Of a stretch of 32,379 nt of DNA, positions 29,243 to 32,379 are shown in pieces. Positions within the stretch are counted from its first letter, which is position 1. Every line of letters begins with the position of its first letter. This DNA comes from a virus, in the UHGV virus genome UHGV-0235014. One strand, written 5' to 3'. Position numbers and translations under genes: made by a program. The notes beneath the pieces were generated by a model, which worked only from the letters and a program-made list of their open reading frames with translations, ran no database searches and had not been told where the DNA came from.

Positions 29243-32188
29243 ATGACAGACATTACAGCCAATGTTGTGGTAAGCATGCCTTCGCAACTCTTCACTATGG
29301 CTCGTTCTTTTAAAGCGGTAGCCAATGGCAAAATTTATATCGGTAAAATTGACACTGACCCAGTAAATCCTGAAAACCAGATTCAGGTTTATGTGGAGAA
29401 TGAAGACGGTTCTCACGTTCCTGTTTCGCAACCAATAATCATTAACGCTGCTGGATATCCGGTATATAACGGACAGATTGCCAAATTCGTTACCGTGCAA
29501 GGCCATTCTATGGCTGTTTATGATGCGTATGGTGCACAGCAGTTCTATTTTCCCAATGTGCTGAAGTATGACCCTGATCAACTACGGCAGCAATTAGAAG
29601 ACCCAGATGGAGCGAATAAATACCCAAAACTTCAGATAGCAAGATGGAGAGACAGTTATGATGTAAGAGGTTGGGGGGCTATTGGTGATGGTGTTCATGA
29701 TGATACATCAGCTCTATCAGAATTACTTTCTGTTGCAACAGGTGGTGAAAAGATAGATGGGCGAGGGCTTACTTTTAAAGTATCAACTCTTCCAGATGTC
29801 AGTCGATTTAAAAATGCTCGTTTTTTATTTGAGAGAATACCGGGTCAGCCTCTTTTTTATGCTTCTGAAGATTTTATCCAGGGAGAGTTATTTAAAATTA
29901 CAGATACACCGTGGTACAACGCCTGGACGCAGGATAAAACGTTTGTATATGACAATGTCATCTATGCGCCTTTTATGGCTGGAGACCGCCATGGTGTAAA
30001 TAACCTCCATGTTGCATGGGTTCGCTCAGGAGATGACGGGAAGACCTGGACAACGCCGGAATGGCTTACAGATTTACATGAAAACTATCCCACAGTTAAC
30101 TATCACTGCATGAGTATGGGGGTTGTCAGAAATCGCCTTTTTGCTGTAATTGAGACGCGGACCGTGAGCGGAAATAAACTGCAGGTTGCAGAGTTGTGGG
30201 ATCGCCCAATGAGTCGCAGCCTTCGCGTTTATGGTGGTATAACGAAAGCAGCAAATCAGCAAGTCGCTTATATTCGCATTACTGATCACGGATTATTTGC
30301 TGGTGATTTTGTCAACTTCTCAAATTCTGGTGTTACAGGTGTTACCGGGAATATGACGGTGACTACTGTTATTGATAAAAATACTTTTACAGTTACGACG
30401 CAAAATACCCAGGATGTGGATCAGAATAACGAGGGTAGATACTGGAGTTTTGGTACATCATTTCACTCGTCACCATGGAGAAAAACCAGTCTTGGAACTA
30501 TTCCTTCTTTTGTTGACGGAAGCACTCCTGTTACTGAGATTCACAGTTTTGCGACGATTAGCGATAACAGTTTTGCTGTTGGCTACCATAATGGTGATAT
30601 TGATCCACGCGAGCTTGGGATACTCTATTTCTCTGATGCTTTCGGTTCTCCTGGTAGCTTTGTTCGCAGACGCATACCTGTAGAATATGAGGCGAATGCA
30701 TCTGAGCCATGTGTAAAATATTATGATGGCATTCTGTATCTGACGACCAGGGGGACATTAAGTACTCAACCCGGTAGTTCATTGCACAGAAGCTCTGATT
30801 TAGGTACATCATGGAATTCTCTTCGCTTCCCAAATAATGTTCATCACTCAAACCTTCCTTTTGCCAAAGTTGGCGATGAGCTGATTATTTTTGGCAGTGA
30901 GCGCGCATTTGGTGAGTGGGAAGGAGGAGAACCTGATAACCGTTATGCAGGAAATTATCCAAGAACATTTATGACCAGAGTTAACGTCAATGAGTGGAGT
31001 CTGGATAATGTAGAGTGGGTTAATGTTACTGATCAGATTTATCAGGGCGGAATAGTTAACTCTGCGGTTGGTGTTGGTTCAGTTTGTATCAAAGACAACT
31101 GGCTGTACTACATTTTCGGTGGGGAAGACTTTCTAAACCCATGGAGCATAGGGGATAACAACAGAAAATATCCTTATGTTCACGATGGTCACCCGGCTGA
31201 TTTGTATTGTTTCAGGGTGAAAATTAAACAGGAAGAATTTGTTTCAAGGGATTTTGTCTACGGAGCCACTCCTAACAGAACGCTTCCTACTTTTATGTCG
31301 ACGTCAGGCGTGAGGACGGTTCCTGTACCCGTTGATTTCACAGATGATGTTGCCGTCCAGTCACTGACTGTCCATGCAGGTACATCAGGACAAGTTCGCG
31401 CGGAAGTCAAACTTGAGGGTAATTACGCCATTATTGCGAAGAAAGTACCGTCTGATGATGTTACCGCTCAGAGATTAATCGTTAGCGGCGGTGAAACAAC
31501 GTCTTCAGCAGATGGTGCAATGATAACGTTGCATGGTTCCGGAAGCAGTACTCCACGTCGCGCGGTATATAACGCACTCGAACATCTTTTTGAGAACGGA
31601 GATGTTAAACCTTATCTTGATAATGTAAATGCTCTTGGTGGTCCGGGAAACAGGTTCTCGACAGTTTATCTTGGCTCCAATCCTGTGGTTACCAGTGACG
31701 GAACATTAAAGACAGAGCCGGTCTCTCCTGACGAAGCATTGCTGGATGCCTGGGGTGACGTCAGGTATATCGCTTATAAATGGCTGAACGCTGTCGCTAT
31801 AAAGGGGGAAGAAGGGGCGAGGATACATCATGGTGTAATCGCGCAGCAACTTCGTGATGTTCTTATTTCTCACGGACTCATGGAAGAAGAAAGCACAACA
31901 TGCCGCTATGCGTTTCTTTGCTATGACGATTATCCCGCAGTATATGATGACGTCATTACTGGCCAAAGGGAAATGCCGCTGACTGATAATGACGGGAGCA
32001 TCATTGTTGATGAGGATGATAATCCAGTGATGGTAATGGAAGACATCATTGAGCGCGTTGAAATAACGCCAGCAGGATCTAGATGGGGGGTCAGACCTGA
32101 TCTCTTATTCTATATCGAGGCGGCATGGCAGCGCAGAGAAATAGAAAGAATAAAAGCTAGGTTAGACTTAATAGAAGGGAAGCACTAA
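29243..32188 (+). CDS. tailspike protein: P22 gp9-like head-binding domain + endosialidase (endo-N-acylneuraminidase) + C-terminal intramolecular chaperone (S74-like) domain
   Basis: 981 aa; N-terminal ~115 aa conserved tailspike head-binding domain; Asp-boxes SGDDGKTW (30026..30049) and SSDLGTSW (30791..30814); C-terminal region with Ser-x4-Lys (VVTSDGTLK, Ser at 31694..31696) typical of auto-cleaving chaperone domains. Confidence 0.85.
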   Translation: MTDITANVVVSMPSQLFTMARSFKAVANGKIYIGKIDTDPVNPENQIQVYVENEDGSHVPVSQPIIINAAGYPVYNGQIAKFVTVQGHSMAVYDAYGAQQFYFPNVLKYDPDQLRQQLEDPDGANKYPKLQIARWRDSYDVRGWGAIGDGVHDDTSALSELLSVATGGEKIDGRGLTFKVSTLPDVSRFKNARFLFERIPGQPLFYASEDFIQGELFKITDTPWYNAWTQDKTFVYDNVIYAPFMAGDRHGVNNLHVAWVRSGDDGKTWTTPEWLTDLHENYPTVNYHCMSMGVVRNRLFAVIETRTVSGNKLQVAELWDRPMSRSLRVYGGITKAANQQVAYIRITDHGLFAGDFVNFSNSGVTGVTGNMTVTTVIDKNTFTVTTQNTQDVDQNNEGRYWSFGTSFHSSPWRKTSLGTIPSFVDGSTPVTEIHSFATISDNSFAVGYHNGDIDPRELGILYFSDAFGSPGSFVRRRIPVEYEANASEPCVKYYDGILYLTTRGTLSTQPGSSLHRSSDLGTSWNSLRFPNNVHHSNLPFAKVGDELIIFGSERAFGEWEGGEPDNRYAGNYPRTFMTRVNVNEWSLDNVEWVNVTDQIYQGGIVNSAVGVGSVCIKDNWLYYIFGGEDFLNPWSIGDNNRKYPYVHDGHPADLYCFRVKIKQEEFVSRDFVYGATPNRTLPTFMSTSGVRTVPVPVDFTDDVAVQSLTVHAGTSGQVRAEVKLEGNYAIIAKKVPSDDVTAQRLIVSGGETTSSADGAMITLHGSGSSTPRRAVYNALEHLFENGDVKPYLDNVNALGGPGNRFSTVYLGSNPVVTSDGTLKTEPVSPDEALLDAWGDVRYIAYKWLNAVAIKGEEGARIHHGVIAQQLRDVLISHGLMEEESTTCRYAFLCYDDYPAVYDDVITGQREMPLTDNDGSIIVDEDDNPVMVMEDIIERVEITPAGSRWGVRPDLLFYIEAAWQRREIERIKARLDLIEGKH

Positions 32189-32340
32189 ATGTTTCGTTGG
32201 CGTCAAAAATATGAACTGCTCACATAAAGAAGTAAGTACATTGGCAAAAAACATTGACGTCAACGAAATTAAATATAAAAATTTAAATGCTTTTTAATGA
32301 CAAGAAAAGTAACTAGTGGTAAAATAACGTAGGATACTAA

Positions 32341-32379
32341 TATGTCAAGACTCAAGACTCAAGACTCAAGACTCAAGAC
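32341..32379 (+). CDS. neuO: polysialic acid O-acetyltransferase NeuO, 5' end only (continues beyond window)
   Basis: ATG followed directly by tandem AAGACTC heptanucleotides encoding RLKTQDS repeats, the published neuO contingency-locus signature; downstream of endosialidase tailspike. Confidence 0.75.
32346..32379 (+). repeat. AAGACTC heptanucleotide tandem repeat (phase-variation tract), truncated by window end
   Basis: At least four perfect tandem copies of AAGACTC plus a partial copy, beginning 5 nt after the ATG. Confidence 0.9.

Noticed and set aside
28857-29581. Long minus ORF 28853..29581 (242 aa) and plus ORFs 28857..29204, 29036..29242
   Set aside because: Only the C-terminal 85 codons of the minus ORF resemble Mnt and have an SD; the upstream extension overlaps the tailspike start and its upstream region. 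The plus ORFs are antisense to mnt.
29757-31966. Internal ORFs within the tailspike gene (29757..29999+, 30074..30289-, 30372..30683+, 30558..30851-, 31706..31966-)
   Set aside because: Alternative frames of a well-supported 981-codon gene.
32346-32379. Possibility that the terminal tandem repeat is a CRISPR array or a window-edge artefact
   Set aside because: Units are 7 bp with no spacers and start 5 nt after an ATG with an SD-like sequence, matching a coding contingency repeat rather than CRISPR; no CRISPR arrays, tRNA or rRNA genes were seen anywhere in the window.

Overview
The window is a near-complete mosaic lambdoid/P22-like prophage, read left to right from the PL operon to the start of neuO. 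All identifications are from reading the translations and motifs by eye; no database search was run. The early region is lambda/434-type: N with nutL, the three 14-bp 434-type operators at OL and OR, cI (HTH plus S24 domain), cro, nutR, cII, an O-like initiator with internal iterons, a DnaB-like helicase, a nin region (ninB/D/F, Roi-like, RusA, ninH) and lambda Q with PR'. The lysis cassette is phage-21-type (dual-start holin, SAR endolysin, Rz/Rz1). The morphogenesis module is P22-type (TerS, TerL, portal, scaffold, coat, gp4, gp10, gp26, gp14, gp7, gp20, gp16). The tailspike is a 981-aa chimera with two sialidase Asp-boxes and a C-terminal self-cleaving chaperone domain, and the window ends in the AAGACTC heptanucleotide tract of neuO, which together match the published description of the E. 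coli K1 prophage CUS-3. Accessory candidates sit at the junctions: a secreted protein coupled to cI, a DUF2829/Tad2-like gene after Rz, an antisense YkgJ-type Cys-rich gene, an HNH endonuclease between gp10 and gp26, a SieA-position membrane protein, and an immI-like locus with a Ser-to-Ala S24 repressor, Arc-like and Mnt-like RHH proteins and a Bro-N antirepressor. No integrase, att site, tRNA, rRNA or CRISPR array is visible.
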